Shown here: one piece after another, positions 46,301 through 56,810 of the stretch
How the letters are laid out: every line of letters begins with the position of its first letter
How positions within the stretch are numbered: the stretch's first letter is position 1
Source of the DNA: an uncultured virus (IMG/VR IMGVR_UViG_3300007231_000006)
Taxonomy: Duplodnaviria > Heunggongvirae > Uroviricota > Caudoviricetes
IMG/VR virus record: IMGVR_UViG_3300007231_000006
Reading direction: 5' to 3' (one strand)
Length of the DNA stretch: 64,000 bases
Notes under the pieces: model-generated
Seen by the model: only the letters and a program-made list of their open reading frames with translations
What the model was told of the DNA's origin: nothing
The model's database searches: none
Translations under genes and position numbers: made by a program

Positions 46301-49132
46301 ATCTATAGACTCGTCTCTATTTATTTTTACAAAAAACCTTCCATCAAACTCTGGGGTGTCTCTTGGCTCGCGCTCGAATAAGAGAAACGAAAGATCGTTA
46401 ATAGTATTGTCAATAGTGTCATCTGAAGAAGCAAACGCAACGTCACCGCCAAACCTACCTATAATTTGAATTTTTTTATTAGCTTCTTGTTGGGTGATGC
46501 TAGCCACGCCATATGGTTTAGAGGCTTTTCCTTGACCAGTGAACGTGATGAACATGTTCGACCCGTTTGGGGTTGCGAAATCGCTACCGAATGCACTATC
46601 AAATGATCCACCGTCCACTGTTATAAACGTAGTGTCTTGCAAAGGATACCCATTACCGTTTATGCCAATTACAGAGCCAGCTTCGCCACAAAATAAAGAC
46701 CCTAAAGACTTATTAAAGGATTTTACGTCAGGTGGAGCTTCATTCTCTAAAGCAAGAACCTTATATTTAGTTTTATCTTCTACAACTTGGTCTGAGTTGT
46801 GTGCTTTCTTAAGGCTTAAAAAAGTGTCAAGATCTACTTTGTTTCGCTCTGATGAAGGAAACGAAAGCCATATATTGCCATCTTCAGCATGATACCATCT
46901 GTCCATGGTCATGTTGTGATACCCTGTAGAGGTTTCTTTTATGTAGAAAGAATAGTGCTTAGCCCAGTCTGGCACAACAGTATCTTCACTTAAAGAAGCC
47001 GTTATTCTGTTTCTTCTTTTAGAAGCGTCTTTAGGTACGGATATTGATGATTTTTTAGAGCTTAGCACTGGCGTCTCCCTACCGTACTCATCGCTAAACA
47101 CAACGCCTACTTGATATTCTCTAGATGTTTTAACAGAAGGAAGAGCAAAACCACCTCCCCAACCAATACCTGCATAGTGCAAGCCATCAACATGTAAACC
47201 TACATCTATAACCGGATCTTTTAATATAGTGTAGTTTTGTAGGTAGTTCCCGTATACTACTCTATTAGCGCTTATTTCTTGAGCTAGCGCTTTTCTAGGG
47301 ACATTGTCCCAAGGTCTAATCAGCTGGTTCGAAGGCACGACAGCGTGTATAAGATCCGTGTCTAAAACAAATTCACCTCTAGCATTTGCATTAGAGCTTA
47401 GGTCTGGCCAAATACCGTTGTCGAAGCCGTCAGACTTTCTTAGTGTTTTTACAGTGTATACCGTAGGGTTGTTTGTTTCTTTATATAGCAGGTCTATTTC
47501 AACAATGTCTTGCGGTATTGCAGCCTCGCTAGCGTGGTAACCTTTTAGCTTAACGCTTTTTACTTGATTAGCCATACCAAGATTAAATCCTTTTGCTGGC
47601 TTGAAATCGTAATGATCTGGCAGAAAAGCAACTTGAGACCACGGTGCGAAGGTAGAGTATTCCCCGTCTTGGTACTTGTATCTATAAGAAAACCTAGGAA
47701 ACTTTAAGTTAAACAAAGTTTCTGAAACCTCAAGTCTAGCAACAAAACCTAAGTCTTCGAGATCTTGAGATTCTAAGTCTGATATACTATTCGATATAGT
47801 TCTGATTTTAAGCACAAAACCCGTAGACGACAACGCGTTTGCGTCAAGGACATCAGACGCTGTAACTAAAGCCCTTATGTCGTAGTCCGAGGGCTCAAAC
47901 GTGAGAGTGTCAGAGTTAACAGCTGCACTGGTCTGCATTGCTAACAAAAGAACATCTCCTACTCTAAAATCTACCGCCTCGTCAAAATCCACATCAATAG
48001 TATTACCAACTTCTAAGCCCCCCACGTCAAAAGAGCATGTCGTTGAAAGCTTGTTTTCAACACCTGCGTCAGTAACTCTAGAGCTAGGCCCCCTAAACAT
48101 CTCTATCTCCAAGGGTTGTGTTGGAGCTTTTTTAATCACAGTTATGTGGCTTTCGTTTACGTACACTGCTTTGTTTCCGCTAGCGTTAGTAACAACGCTA
48201 TACCTATTAGAGTCTACGTTGTAAAAAGCTTTATCTTTGACTAACCTAGTGTGGAAGTGGTCGAAGTCCCCTTCAAACACGCTGCTTGTGTTAACAGTCG
48301 ACGCGTTTGACCAACCTCCGTTTCCAGCGCCGTACAAGTAATCAGTACCGCCCGTTCCAGCTATAGATCTAGGTATACTTATTTTCTTAGGCTCAGAAGA
48401 GTTGTCTGTCCAGTATATAAATTCGTCTAAAACGTTTATGCCTGTTATAATAATGTTTTTTGAAAAATTCAAAACCCTGTCTGCGTGGAAGCTTAGCGAT
48501 ACCACGCCTGACGACGAGGAAAAAGCGACACCATTAGGGTGTGTTAAGTAAACATCCCACTTAGGGCTTCCTAAGTTAGCGTTGTACTTTATTTCAGAAA
48601 CCTTAAGTGCGTCTGCGCGAGTGTAGGTAACGCCGTTTACCGTGCCAGTCACAATCATGTCTAATCTAATGCCTGTGTCGTTGGTCGCGCTTGATGCCGC
48701 TAAACTAACAAAAGCCGATGTGCTAGACGTCGTGGCAACAGTGGTGATCGTCGATCTGTATATATCAACAAACACATACCTGTGCTTGTCTAATACAGAA
48801 TCGTACTCTAATATATAGTCTTTTCTTACAGGCCTGTGGTTAGATGAAGCGGCCTCGTCTCCAGCTGAAACGAAGTAGTATATCTTGTCTGAATCTTTAG
48901 CGGCAACTGCACCAACACAAGTGGCTGTGGTAGGCACGTTTATGCTGTGACCCGCTAGCATTGTGCTAGACGCGGTGTTACCGAGAAGGGTTTGGGCTGA
49001 TCCAGCGTTAGAACCGTCAGACGTGGAAACCTGTATGTTTAATGCATCTCTGTAATGACCTTGAGGAATCAAACGCTCGTCGGCATCCTTGTTCATCTTA
49101 GCCTTTTGGAAATTACGTTTTGATAGCGGCAT
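43397..49132 (-). CDS. Tail nozzle/muzzle (stabilisation) protein, crAss-like
   Basis: KMNKDADERLIPQGHYRDALN N-terminus, YWTDN..EPKKI, GISKNPES; 1911 aa. Confidence 0.7.
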   Translation of the reverse strand: MPLSKRNFQKAKMNKDADERLIPQGHYRDALNIQVSTSDGSNAGSAQTLLGNTASSTMLAGHSINVPTTATCVGAVAAKDSDKIYYFVSAGDEAASSNHRPVRKDYILEYDSVLDKHRYVFVDIYRSTITTVATTSSTSAFVSLAASSATNDTGIRLDMIVTGTVNGVTYTRADALKVSEIKYNANLGSPKWDVYLTHPNGVAFSSSSGVVSLSFHADRVLNFSKNIIITGINVLDEFIYWTDNSSEPKKISIPRSIAGTGGTDYLYGAGNGGWSNASTVNTSSVFEGDFDHFHTRLVKDKAFYNVDSNRYSVVTNASGNKAVYVNESHITVIKKAPTQPLEIEMFRGPSSRVTDAGVENKLSTTCSFDVGGLEVGNTIDVDFDEAVDFRVGDVLLLAMQTSAAVNSDTLTFEPSDYDIRALVTASDVLDANALSSTGFVLKIRTISNSISDLESQDLEDLGFVARLEVSETLFNLKFPRFSYRYKYQDGEYSTFAPWSQVAFLPDHYDFKPAKGFNLGMANQVKSVKLKGYHASEAAIPQDIVEIDLLYKETNNPTVYTVKTLRKSDGFDNGIWPDLSSNANARGEFVLDTDLIHAVVPSNQLIRPWDNVPRKALAQEISANRVVYGNYLQNYTILKDPVIDVGLHVDGLHYAGIGWGGGFALPSVKTSREYQVGVVFSDEYGRETPVLSSKKSSISVPKDASKRRNRITASLSEDTVVPDWAKHYSFYIKETSTGYHNMTMDRWYHAEDGNIWLSFPSSERNKVDLDTFLSLKKAHNSDQVVEDKTKYKVLALENEAPPDVKSFNKSLGSLFCGEAGSVIGINGNGYPLQDTTFITVDGGSFDSAFGSDFATPNGSNMFITFTGQGKASKPYGVASITQQEANKKIQIIGRFGGDVAFASSDDTIDNTINDLSFLLFEREPRDTPEFDGRFFVKINRDESIDQQIIQYESSDYTVETSWPLRYINSNAWFDHPSGWSVGNSHTQAMMSPDIDNTSQNRSKHPTAQDLNTAQRYWGGNSAVNGQNQSSNGNITADYYNQHPDILTNGTDPSVKFWENMADHHHFFIDACTAYSWSGRGNANGDMRPGNILSQNATVMASGGNVYTYTDFYDTGGVAEDQEDGAVDGITGNMNPIPSQRLAHPSRGIWGWDDGQRYMDISWTGMSKGYDGNNFNSGKPFPAKLSQIPSTDGGGIYAEANSFIKKLVAPGTKFRFQRDPDGIVYTVQAYNWYQGYNNPYYYNPDIGGNPASDGAWGIRNYRTGSPHRDKKQYRGDNLRQRWTIQVDPPIGDGGTYKPTRGNDSVDALRHDGSDSDVIEILGPVEGIGNDDSFSENPAIWETEPKESVDLDIYYQATGLIPVELNEKTNEEYLPIGTKFKSHEGDPSSPTIHTITNWTGPQTFTFTPAISPQEEDSNPITANSTVVFDKRNSYSLTAVVKSAVGAGASSMTLWGGPETTLASRKLYSQKHRLDWSNCYSFGNGLESDTVRDSFNGAKLDNGVKASTVLGTQSREERRKNGMIWSGIYNSSAGVNNTNQFIAGENITKDVNPSHGSIQRLFNRGTTLAIFCEDKVLQAVTNKDALYSADGKPQLVASNAVVGDVTAYQGDWGISKNPESLAVTPGNLYFTDIIRGQVLALSNEGVRSISNAGMKDYFADLSKSYVWRSLGTYDERKNEYNVTISKKYASYQIQPHEQTTISYSEIAKGWASFKSFNPQNGVSLNNDYFTFSSGRIWKHHTNETRNKFYGNQYTSNVTLVFNDAVEAAKSIGSINYEGTQARITNFDLVSTQRLTGDIDTGDGLATAANIADGEYFNIEDDVPGWYVESIVTNLQTCGELEFKDKEGKWFGIPSGEATSLSNIDGKEFSVQGLGTATVDRDDTQKETFNLTVSNNTSTTYEGSDGGGGAWDSTAD

Positions 49133-49135
49133 TCT

Positions 49136-50059
49136 TTAGTGCTTAATTATTTTTGAACTACCTCTTAATACTTGCGTAAGCTCTTCAAGTTTTATATTCG
49201 AAAGCCTTAGTTTAGCTTTTCTAGTTTCAGCAAACCTTTCTTTCTTCAAGTAAGCAAGCGTACCTGCTGGCGTGTCTTTCCTAGCAAGCAAAACACCGTA
49301 CAGTATATGCTTGTATATAGCTTCCTCAGCTAGTTTAGGAACGTATGAAGTAGTAAGATCAATGCCTCCGTTAGAAGTAGATGATACGCCATCACTCAAG
49401 TATTTTAACACCAGTGTCTTACCGCTTAAGTTAGAGCTAAAGTGAAACTTGCCAGCTGTCTCATCTATAAAGAAAGACCCGTTAACCTGCGAGTGCTGAG
49501 GGTCTAAACCAAACCTAGCGCCTGTTAAGTTACCGTACACGTCGTCAACTTCATCATAGTCTAAAGAAGCTACGTCAGAAGGTGTTATAGTTTGGAAGTT
49601 GGCATTTGTGTCTGATGCTTCAGATCCATCCAAGTCAGTGTTTGTGCCTTCTGTGGTCCAACCACCCCAGTCTTGAACCAACGCATGAGTATTCGTGTCA
49701 ACGTTTAAAGGATTAGACGTTTTACTAGTAGGATATATAATTCTTTCAATGCCGCTACTGTCACTCCAGCCAAGTTTTATATAGTTAACATAATCTAACG
49801 GCATCACGAGCACGAGTGTTGCTGGTACTTCAACCTCCCAATCCTTTGTCGATCTAATCGTATCGTAGCTTAGCTCTTGCAATGCTCTTAAAGCGTGGAA
49901 TGTAATGTCGTTGTTTGTTACGTTCTCACACAGCTTGTCTTTGCCTACGTAAGTAGCATTAAAAGAATCTATAATCTCATTCAATGGTATATACCTATAA
50001 TCCCCGTGATCTCCACCCGTATTGTAGTACGCTAGTGGGGCTTGTTTAATTATACCCAT
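49136..50059 (-). CDS. Tail ring/adaptor protein
   Basis: MPLDYVNY, LKYLSDG, KLAEEAIYKHI; position. Confidence 0.6.
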   Translation of the reverse strand: MGIIKQAPLAYYNTGGDHGDYRYIPLNEIIDSFNATYVGKDKLCENVTNNDITFHALRALQELSYDTIRSTKDWEVEVPATLVLVMPLDYVNYIKLGWSDSSGIERIIYPTSKTSNPLNVDTNTHALVQDWGGWTTEGTNTDLDGSEASDTNANFQTITPSDVASLDYDEVDDVYGNLTGARFGLDPQHSQVNGSFFIDETAGKFHFSSNLSGKTLVLKYLSDGVSSTSNGGIDLTTSYVPKLAEEAIYKHILYGVLLARKDTPAGTLAYLKKERFAETRKAKLRLSNIKLEELTQVLRGSSKIIKH

Positions 50060-50062
50060 TGT

Positions 50063-50818
50063 TTATGATTTTTGTGAAGTTGTTTCAGCAGCGCTGTATT
50101 GACTAACCGTCTGAGCAAGGCCTACTTTGTTCATTATAATACCGGCAAGCTCTAGTATTTTATTCGTGAGTGTATCCTCTTCAGATCTATGCAATTCAAA
50201 GTTTACGGATGTCGCGCTGTTGTAAAGTGCTTTACCGTTTACGACAACGTATCCCCATGCTACTGTTTTAGGCACTCTAAAGCATTCAACAGTGACCCCA
50301 GCGGTTTCCTCGTTATCGTCAGAACCATCGATTCCGCCAGCGTAAACGACTATGTCTCTACCACTAACCCTGTTATCGGTATAGAACGGCGCCTGGTTGT
50401 CAGTAACTGCCATATGCCTTGTAGACTTCTTAAACCGCTGCGCCTCAAACATAGACACTTTTTGACAGGGCTCATCACCAAGTAAAACCACACCTGTTTG
50501 GAAGACATCGTAGTTAACGCTATCAACTGCTATTATGCTTGGGAATGTGTGCCCGGCGTTGTCGACAGTTGCTTCATAAGACTGAAAAGGAGCGAGCTTT
50601 TTATCTAGCAACTCACTTATATCTGTTTCGTCTACCTCTATAGACCTAGCGTCCTCTATTCTATTTCTTTGATTCTTATCGTAAAAGTAAGATTCAAATA
50701 TTGCCATTTGGGCGTGGTTGGCCAATAAGTTGTACTCCTGCGGGGTTATATAGCCTCTCTGCTCTTTGTTAGCAAGAGCTAAAACCCTTTGATATATAGT
50801 ATCTACACTTATTGCCAT
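50063..50818 (-). CDS. Head-tail adaptor/ring protein
   Basis: NKEQRGYITPQEYN..AQ; position after capsid genes. Confidence 0.6.
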   Translation of the reverse strand: MAISVDTIYQRVLALANKEQRGYITPQEYNLLANHAQMAIFESYFYDKNQRNRIEDARSIEVDETDISELLDKKLAPFQSYEATVDNAGHTFPSIIAVDSVNYDVFQTGVVLLGDEPCQKVSMFEAQRFKKSTRHMAVTDNQAPFYTDNRVSGRDIVVYAGGIDGSDDNEETAGVTVECFRVPKTVAWGYVVVNGKALYNSATSVNFELHRSEEDTLTNKILELAGIIMNKVGLAQTVSQYSAAETTSQKS

Positions 50819-50838
50819 AATTCTTTTTTTATGGTTTA

Positions 50839-50862
50839 GCGACTACCCCGAAGGGCAGTCGC
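50839..50862 (-). other. Intergenic GC-rich hairpin with UUCG loop
   Basis: GCGACTGCCC-TTCG-GGGTAGTCGC; no U-tract on - strand. Confidence 0.6.
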
Positions 50863-50879
50863 ATCACCGTATATGATTA

Positions 50880-51722
50880 TTAATTTAATCGTTTCTCTAT
50901 GTTGGAGTAAATCTCCATTCCCTCGTCAGTCTTAAACCAAGCGGCTAAAGCTGAATACGGGTGTTCGTCAAAAGGAACAGTCATTAACTTTCTGTCGTTA
51001 GTTCCCCACGAGAACGTTCTTTGATCAGAGGATAGTTTAATGATTCCCATCTCTGTAGCTTTGATACCAAAGTTCCTAAGTACCACGTTGTCGTCATTGA
51101 CTAATTCTAAGAACAAACTAGGGTTTCTCTTAGCGTATAATAGTAAATCACGCTTAAGCTCCTTAGAACTCATCTGAGATACCTTAGAACCAATCTCTAC
51201 TCTCATAACAGCTTCTGCCATGTCAATGTCTAGGTTCATGGCTGCGTTTAGGGCTTCAACCTCCATTTCTAACCAATCAATCTCTTGAGCGGCTCTAACT
51301 TGAGGCTTAAGTTCTTCGTATATGTTTTTGCGATTTGGGTGATACAAAGACAAAAGCTTTTGCAATGTCACTTTATTTTTAGGCACCATCAAAACTCCAT
51401 TGCGGAATATAATATGTGATAACCTTTGATCACCTTGCATTTCATCTACGAAACAAGTTCTTTGGTTTTCGCAGTACTTTAGTTCTCTTTCATAACCCTT
51501 TTCCTCATCGAAGTAGTATACTCCAGCAGATTTTATTGATCTACTTAAAGGGCTTTTGTTATATCTAAGAACGTAAGTTCTGTCTTTAATTTCCCAAGTG
51601 TCTTTCTTAGGTAATTCTTTTCTCGCGATTGGTTTAGGCTCCGGTTTTGGAGCTTCTAGTACAACCGTTTCTTCTACGTAGGGTTCTTCGACCTCTACTT
51701 TTTTTGTTTGCTTTTTAGCCAT
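50880..51722 (-). CDS. Conserved head-module protein
   Basis: 280 aa directly downstream of major capsid gene. Confidence 0.6.
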   Translation of the reverse strand: MAKKQTKKVEVEEPYVEETVVLEAPKPEPKPIARKELPKKDTWEIKDRTYVLRYNKSPLSRSIKSAGVYYFDEEKGYERELKYCENQRTCFVDEMQGDQRLSHIIFRNGVLMVPKNKVTLQKLLSLYHPNRKNIYEELKPQVRAAQEIDWLEMEVEALNAAMNLDIDMAEAVMRVEIGSKVSQMSSKELKRDLLLYAKRNPSLFLELVNDDNVVLRNFGIKATEMGIIKLSSDQRTFSWGTNDRKLMTVPFDEHPYSALAAWFKTDEGMEIYSNIEKRLN

Positions 51723-51748
51723 AATATAATATAATAAAAAATTAATAT

Positions 51749-51780
51749 AAAACTACCCCTCCCGAAGGAGAGGTAGTTTC
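51749..51780 (-). terminator. Intrinsic terminator after major capsid gene
   Basis: GAAACTACCTCTCC-TTCG-GGAGGGGTAGTTTT. Confidence 0.8.
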
Positions 51781-51796
51781 ACCAAATATACTTATC

Positions 51797-53221
51797 TTAG
51801 TTCAACAACATGAAGTTGTTAGCACCTTGAGTTACTAAACATCTCTCTGACAAGAAGTTTACAGTCATTGCGTCTAGAGTAGACGTAACAGCTCCAACTG
51901 AACCAGTGATCCAAGTCTTCATCTTGCGAGACTCAGTGTTAGATGCTCTGTAACGAACGTGTAGGAAAGGACGCTTAAGGTTCTTACCCATTTGCTCGTC
52001 ATATACAGAAGAAGTACCAGCAGGGATGATTACACCTCTGATGTCCTCACCGGCAGTAGCGTTAGCATTGATGCCTCCACGTGTAGCCAGATCGTTTAGG
52101 TACTTCCAGTCTGACTTGTAGAAATCGTAAGATCCGCGACGGAATCCAGAGAATCCTAGGTTTAAAGCCATATCCTCATCGTTCTCGAATACCCCGTAAG
52201 AAGTACCTCCAGCACCGTAAGAATTCATAGAAGCTAGCATATCGTCAAGAGCTAAAGCTGTTGCGCGATTAACAAACATCATGTTCTCTTCGATAGCACC
52301 GTTCTTATCGAACTCAGCTAGGATAGCATCAAACTCAGCTAGGTCAGTAGCAGCATTAACACCAGTAACACCAGAAGACTGGTGACCACGGTCTTTAATA
52401 GCAGCAAATAAACCTTGTGTACCAACTAGTCCGTTAGCACCACCCAAGATAGTAGAAGCGTCAGCAGCTTTCTCAGACTCAATCATACTCATCTCTAAGT
52501 AATCAGTGAATCGAGAGCGTGTCTCACCTTCAGCTTTTAGGTACCACATGTAACCGTTCTGTCCATCTTCACCTGAAACTTCAACCCAGCCAACTTGCGC
52601 AGCATCAGAACCTGATACTTCGTATTGATCCTTAAGGATAATTGGCTTGTTAGTGAAAGTAGTGAAAGAAGGCTTAACAGATCTAGCTCCACTGTACTCA
52701 GTTCCTTTTGAATTCTCAGAACCAAACACTAGAACACGAAGATCATTGTCTGTATCTGCGAAACCAACGTCACTTAAGTGAGCTCCACCGTAAGGTAGCG
52801 CAGTGATAGTTTGGTTACCAGCAGCAGCTACAGTTACTAAAGCAGTAACAGTTTGACCTCCACCTGCAATTAACACCTGATCACCAACACGGATACCGTG
52901 AGTAGTAGTTTGAGCTACACCGTCGATGTCGTGAGTAATATTAATCGTACTAGCAGAAGCGTCTAAACAGTCCGCTTTGTACGAAAGGTGTAATCTACCT
53001 TGCTCTGACCAAATAACTTGATCAGCTGACATAGCCTCTTCAGCTCCAACTTGTCCTAGGAAACCAGCAATAGTACGCTTTCCGTATACTTCAGCCTCCT
53101 TCTCCATTAGATCTGGAAGGTATTGCTGTGCCCATCCATTTGTTTGGATGTCTAAATAATTGTCCGACGTTACTTGCTGTATTGGTGCAGCTTGAAACGA
53201 CGTTCTTGCAGTAATTGCCAT
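51797..53221 (-). CDS. Major capsid protein
   Basis: 474 aa after scaffold-like gene, followed by terminator; WSEQGRLH, LNLGFSGFRRGSYDFYK. Confidence 0.8.
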   Translation of the reverse strand: MAITARTSFQAAPIQQVTSDNYLDIQTNGWAQQYLPDLMEKEAEVYGKRTIAGFLGQVGAEEAMSADQVIWSEQGRLHLSYKADCLDASASTINITHDIDGVAQTTTHGIRVGDQVLIAGGGQTVTALVTVAAAGNQTITALPYGGAHLSDVGFADTDNDLRVLVFGSENSKGTEYSGARSVKPSFTTFTNKPIILKDQYEVSGSDAAQVGWVEVSGEDGQNGYMWYLKAEGETRSRFTDYLEMSMIESEKAADASTILGGANGLVGTQGLFAAIKDRGHQSSGVTGVNAATDLAEFDAILAEFDKNGAIEENMMFVNRATALALDDMLASMNSYGAGGTSYGVFENDEDMALNLGFSGFRRGSYDFYKSDWKYLNDLATRGGINANATAGEDIRGVIIPAGTSSVYDEQMGKNLKRPFLHVRYRASNTESRKMKTWITGSVGAVTSTLDAMTVNFLSERCLVTQGANNFMLLN

Positions 53222-53239
53222 TTTTTCTTAATTTTAAAT

Positions 53240-54400
53240 TTATTTTTTGTTTTTAATCTTGAACTTAAAAGAGGCGGAATCATCGCCTAGCACTCTCATT
53301 TTTATACCTCCAGTCTGGCCTTCTCCATGAGAGGATCTAGCTGTTGTGTTGATATTCTTGGCTTTAGCCACGCTGTCTTTCAACGCGTCTGTTTTGCCTT
53401 GTTCATAAAAGTGCTGAGCAACAGCATCAGCGTTCATAGCGGTATACAAGCCTTTGTGATAACCTTTAGCATCATTAATAGACTTGTCTTCGTTTAAAAA
53501 CTTTTTAATGAAGTTGCCTATATCGCTCTGGTTCTCTTTAACTTGCCCCGCATCTTTAACGTTAAATCTAAATCGTTTGTCACCGACATTGTATTCAAAA
53601 CCTTTGAACTCGTCGTTGAAAACCTCATTGGTCTTCTTGTCAAACCTAGTTTTATTTAACTCTGCTGTTTTGTTTGATTGCTCCGTCTCTTTACTGTATC
53701 TGTTGAAGAAATCTATAGCCTTCTGCTGTTCTTGTGTTAGTTTGCTTCCAGCTTTGATCTCTTCGTAATATTTAGACTTTTGCCCGTCTAAATAGGTCTT
53801 AGCCTCGGCAACTTGCTCTTTCAAGGCTAATTTTTTTCTTTTTATCTGTGTCTCATCTTCTATATCTTCGTCAAACGAAAACTTGTCTTCCATAAGAAAA
53901 TCAATCTCGTCGCTAGACAGATGAGGTTTTGTGGCTTTATAGTAGTCTTGAAGTACGTCTTTAGAATCTAGCTCGTCTACGTTTTTGTTTAATCTAACGT
54001 AGTCCTCTAGATCACCACCTGTGTCATCCATGAAATCCAGTAGCTTCTGAATCTTTTCTGGAATTACAGCGCCTGACTCTTCTGATGCCTGGATAGCCTC
54101 AACGGCTTCTTCGCCAAGCTCGTCCGCCTGCTGCTGCTCAACCTCAGTAATCTCTTCGATTAGAGATGTTTGGTTTTCGTCAACTGCTTCTGGCTGAGCT
54201 TCTTCAGCTACCACCTGTTCCTCTACAACTTCTTCCTTTACGTTGTCTGTCGGTGGTGGTGCAGATAAATCTACTTTAACAACGCTAGGGTCGTCTTTTG
54301 TTGCAAACTTACCCAGGTCAATAACGTTCTCTTCTTTCTGCTCAACTACCTTTTCTTGAACTTCTGGTTCTTCAACCTTTTCTTTCTTTTTTTTACTCAT
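53240..54400 (-). CDS. Scaffolding-like acidic protein
   Basis: Highly acidic N-half, between portal and MCP. Confidence 0.6.
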   Translation of the reverse strand: MSKKKKEKVEEPEVQEKVVEQKEENVIDLGKFATKDDPSVVKVDLSAPPPTDNVKEEVVEEQVVAEEAQPEAVDENQTSLIEEITEVEQQQADELGEEAVEAIQASEESGAVIPEKIQKLLDFMDDTGGDLEDYVRLNKNVDELDSKDVLQDYYKATKPHLSSDEIDFLMEDKFSFDEDIEDETQIKRKKLALKEQVAEAKTYLDGQKSKYYEEIKAGSKLTQEQQKAIDFFNRYSKETEQSNKTAELNKTRFDKKTNEVFNDEFKGFEYNVGDKRFRFNVKDAGQVKENQSDIGNFIKKFLNEDKSINDAKGYHKGLYTAMNADAVAQHFYEQGKTDALKDSVAKAKNINTTARSSHGEGQTGGIKMRVLGDDSASFKFKIKNKK

Positions 54401-54417
54401 GATAAAATATTATATAA

Positions 54418-56808
54418 TTAACTTCCTATTTGCGGGGTGAAGTCATCTAAACCGATTCCACCACCGAGTATATCATTACCTGAAGACTCAAACTTTTTAG
54501 CGGGTTTTGGTGAATTTGTTTGCTTCATTACCTCCCTTCTGTCTTTACCGTCTTCTTTAAGCTGCTCCATACCTTTCGCGTCTTGCCTTTCTTGCCCGCG
54601 AAGTTTTTGATTAAGCTCAAATTCATAAGCCATTAACTGCTTTTTTAACTCAACTTCTTTCTGTAGGTAAACAAGCTTAGCCTCTGACTTCATTTGCTCT
54701 AGGCCCATATCAGCCTGCGACTTAGCCTGGTTCTTCTGCATTTCAACTTGAGACGCCTGTTGCTGAGCTTGTGAGTTAGCCTGCGCTTGCGCTTCCATGT
54801 CTTGCTGTCTAATCTGCTGATCGCGCTCTTGCTTCTTCTTTCGCTTTATCTTTAGTAGCTGATTAGCAAGCTTAACGTTCCTAACAGTTCGTATGTCAAT
54901 AGCATCGTCAAGATCTATCAACTGTTGGGCTAGTGCTGTTTGGATGTTATTCTCTAGCATCTGCTTCTCTTCTTCGTCAGGCTCTAGTTCTATAAAGATA
55001 CCAAAGTCGTAAAGGTAAAGCTCTGACATCTCCTTCAGCGTCGCTACGTTGTGAGCGCCAAGCGCCTGAACAAACGCGTCAGCTGTTGGCGAATACTCTA
55101 ATATATCTGAAATCCGCAAAGACAAAGCGTTAGCCACTTCAGTCGTCAAGTACATCGATGAATCTAAGATGTGCCTAGTAGCTACGTTTGAATTAGCCGC
55201 TGCTAGCTTTTGAACCCCAACTAAAGACTTTGGATCGGGTGAACTGCCATCTCTAGCCTCGTTAAGGCCAGTTACATCTCTTATCATTTGAAGATAGTAG
55301 TTATAAGTCTGTATTAGACTTCCTATCTTGTTTTGACCAGCGCCGTTAGATATCTGCTGAATAGGTATCTTACCTGGATTAGCATCCCCATCGCCAGTGA
55401 AAGACCTACCTATAACAGAGCCTGTTTGGAAGAACATATTAAGCGCTTCCTGCGGGTTGTAGTTTGTTCCGTTGCCTAAGTCAATTTCAGCAAGTCCATC
55501 AGCGTCAAGGTAAACCCCATCGGGTACCATGCGTGATAAAACCTGCTGTAGTTTTAAATGCGTTAATTGTATCGTGTCAGCAAAACCAGTGATTCTGCTA
55601 ACTATAGATTCAATTCTTCCGTTGTACATTCTAGGCGCTACAATAGAGTAATTCATTTTTACCTTATTGAAGTCGCTCTTAGAACGCATCATGTTTTCTG
55701 CCCGCTCCCACTTTAGTAGGATGTCAGTACCTAGAATCATAACACCTTCATACACGCACTCAACTGACCGCTGTAGCTTTGAGTAACCACCTTCTTTATC
55801 TTCTGGTGGATTAAAAGTGTCAGGTTTTTCTATGGCTTTATAGCCGCCAGTAGAAGTTTCTTTAACCTTGTAAACATTGTTCATAAAGGTCTTGTAGTTA
55901 AAATACAAAACCTGAACCTTGTTTATATCGTTGACCTCTGTCCTGTAGGTTCTATTGCCGTACCTTTTAGACGCAGAGCTTTGGATTTTCTCTAGATCGT
56001 CAAGCGTGAGATGCTCAAACTCTCTGGCAAGCTCGTTAATGGGTATAGTCTTTACTTCACCTACGTAGTATACGTCTTCGAAATAAGGTGATTCAGTTCT
56101 AGAGTAAACTATATTAGCTGGGTCAACGTAATCTATAGTAACACCTTCACTCCAGTTAAAACTAGTTTTTACACAACCAAGTCCTAGCACCGTAAGATCG
56201 TAAACAAGTCTACGTCTAATCAAGTCGTAGTCATTACCGTCTAGAAGCACGTTTATAGCTTGCTCTTCGGCAATCTCCACAGCTTGCTTATAGTTTAGCT
56301 GCATATGGAGAGAAAGCTCCTCCTCGGTCTCCGGAAGCTCCTCTGCGTTAGTCTCAGATAAATCTATATTAAATAAAGCCTTTGAGTTGTCGTTAAACTG
56401 CTTCGACTTCATGTCACGGACTATAGCGTCCATGTACTCAGTACGCTTGCTAACTCCGTATTGATCTTGCGAATAAGCTTTTATACTGAACATACGGTCA
56501 GATAGACCGTTAGTAACAATATCAACAAACTTAGGTATAATAGGTACAGGCTTCCAGTCTAAGTTTAAATAAGATAAATCGCCGTTTATAGAGAGCTCAT
56601 CTTTATACTTCTGTATAGACTGCTCTCCTCTAGCGTATAATCTAAGGCTGTGAAACTTATTCTTGTTATCATCAAACTTACTACCTCCAGCATCGTGAAA
56701 CCACTCTTGCTCTACGGCTCTAGCAACCTTCAACCCATACTCTGGGCTCATTTTTTCTAGGTCACTTACAACCTGAGACGGGAAATTAACATATGCAACG
56801 TTAGCCAT
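54418..56808 (-). CDS. Portal protein
   Basis: 796 aa after terminase; PVPIIPKFVDIV, RDVTGLNEARDGS; Gln-rich coiled-coil tail. Confidence 0.8.
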   Translation of the reverse strand: MANVAYVNFPSQVVSDLEKMSPEYGLKVARAVEQEWFHDAGGSKFDDNKNKFHSLRLYARGEQSIQKYKDELSINGDLSYLNLDWKPVPIIPKFVDIVTNGLSDRMFSIKAYSQDQYGVSKRTEYMDAIVRDMKSKQFNDNSKALFNIDLSETNAEELPETEEELSLHMQLNYKQAVEIAEEQAINVLLDGNDYDLIRRRLVYDLTVLGLGCVKTSFNWSEGVTIDYVDPANIVYSRTESPYFEDVYYVGEVKTIPINELAREFEHLTLDDLEKIQSSASKRYGNRTYRTEVNDINKVQVLYFNYKTFMNNVYKVKETSTGGYKAIEKPDTFNPPEDKEGGYSKLQRSVECVYEGVMILGTDILLKWERAENMMRSKSDFNKVKMNYSIVAPRMYNGRIESIVSRITGFADTIQLTHLKLQQVLSRMVPDGVYLDADGLAEIDLGNGTNYNPQEALNMFFQTGSVIGRSFTGDGDANPGKIPIQQISNGAGQNKIGSLIQTYNYYLQMIRDVTGLNEARDGSSPDPKSLVGVQKLAAANSNVATRHILDSSMYLTTEVANALSLRISDILEYSPTADAFVQALGAHNVATLKEMSELYLYDFGIFIELEPDEEEKQMLENNIQTALAQQLIDLDDAIDIRTVRNVKLANQLLKIKRKKKQERDQQIRQQDMEAQAQANSQAQQQASQVEMQKNQAKSQADMGLEQMKSEAKLVYLQKEVELKKQLMAYEFELNQKLRGQERQDAKGMEQLKEDGKDRREVMKQTNSPKPAKKFESSGNDILGGGIGLDDFTPQIGS

Positions 56809-56810
56809 GT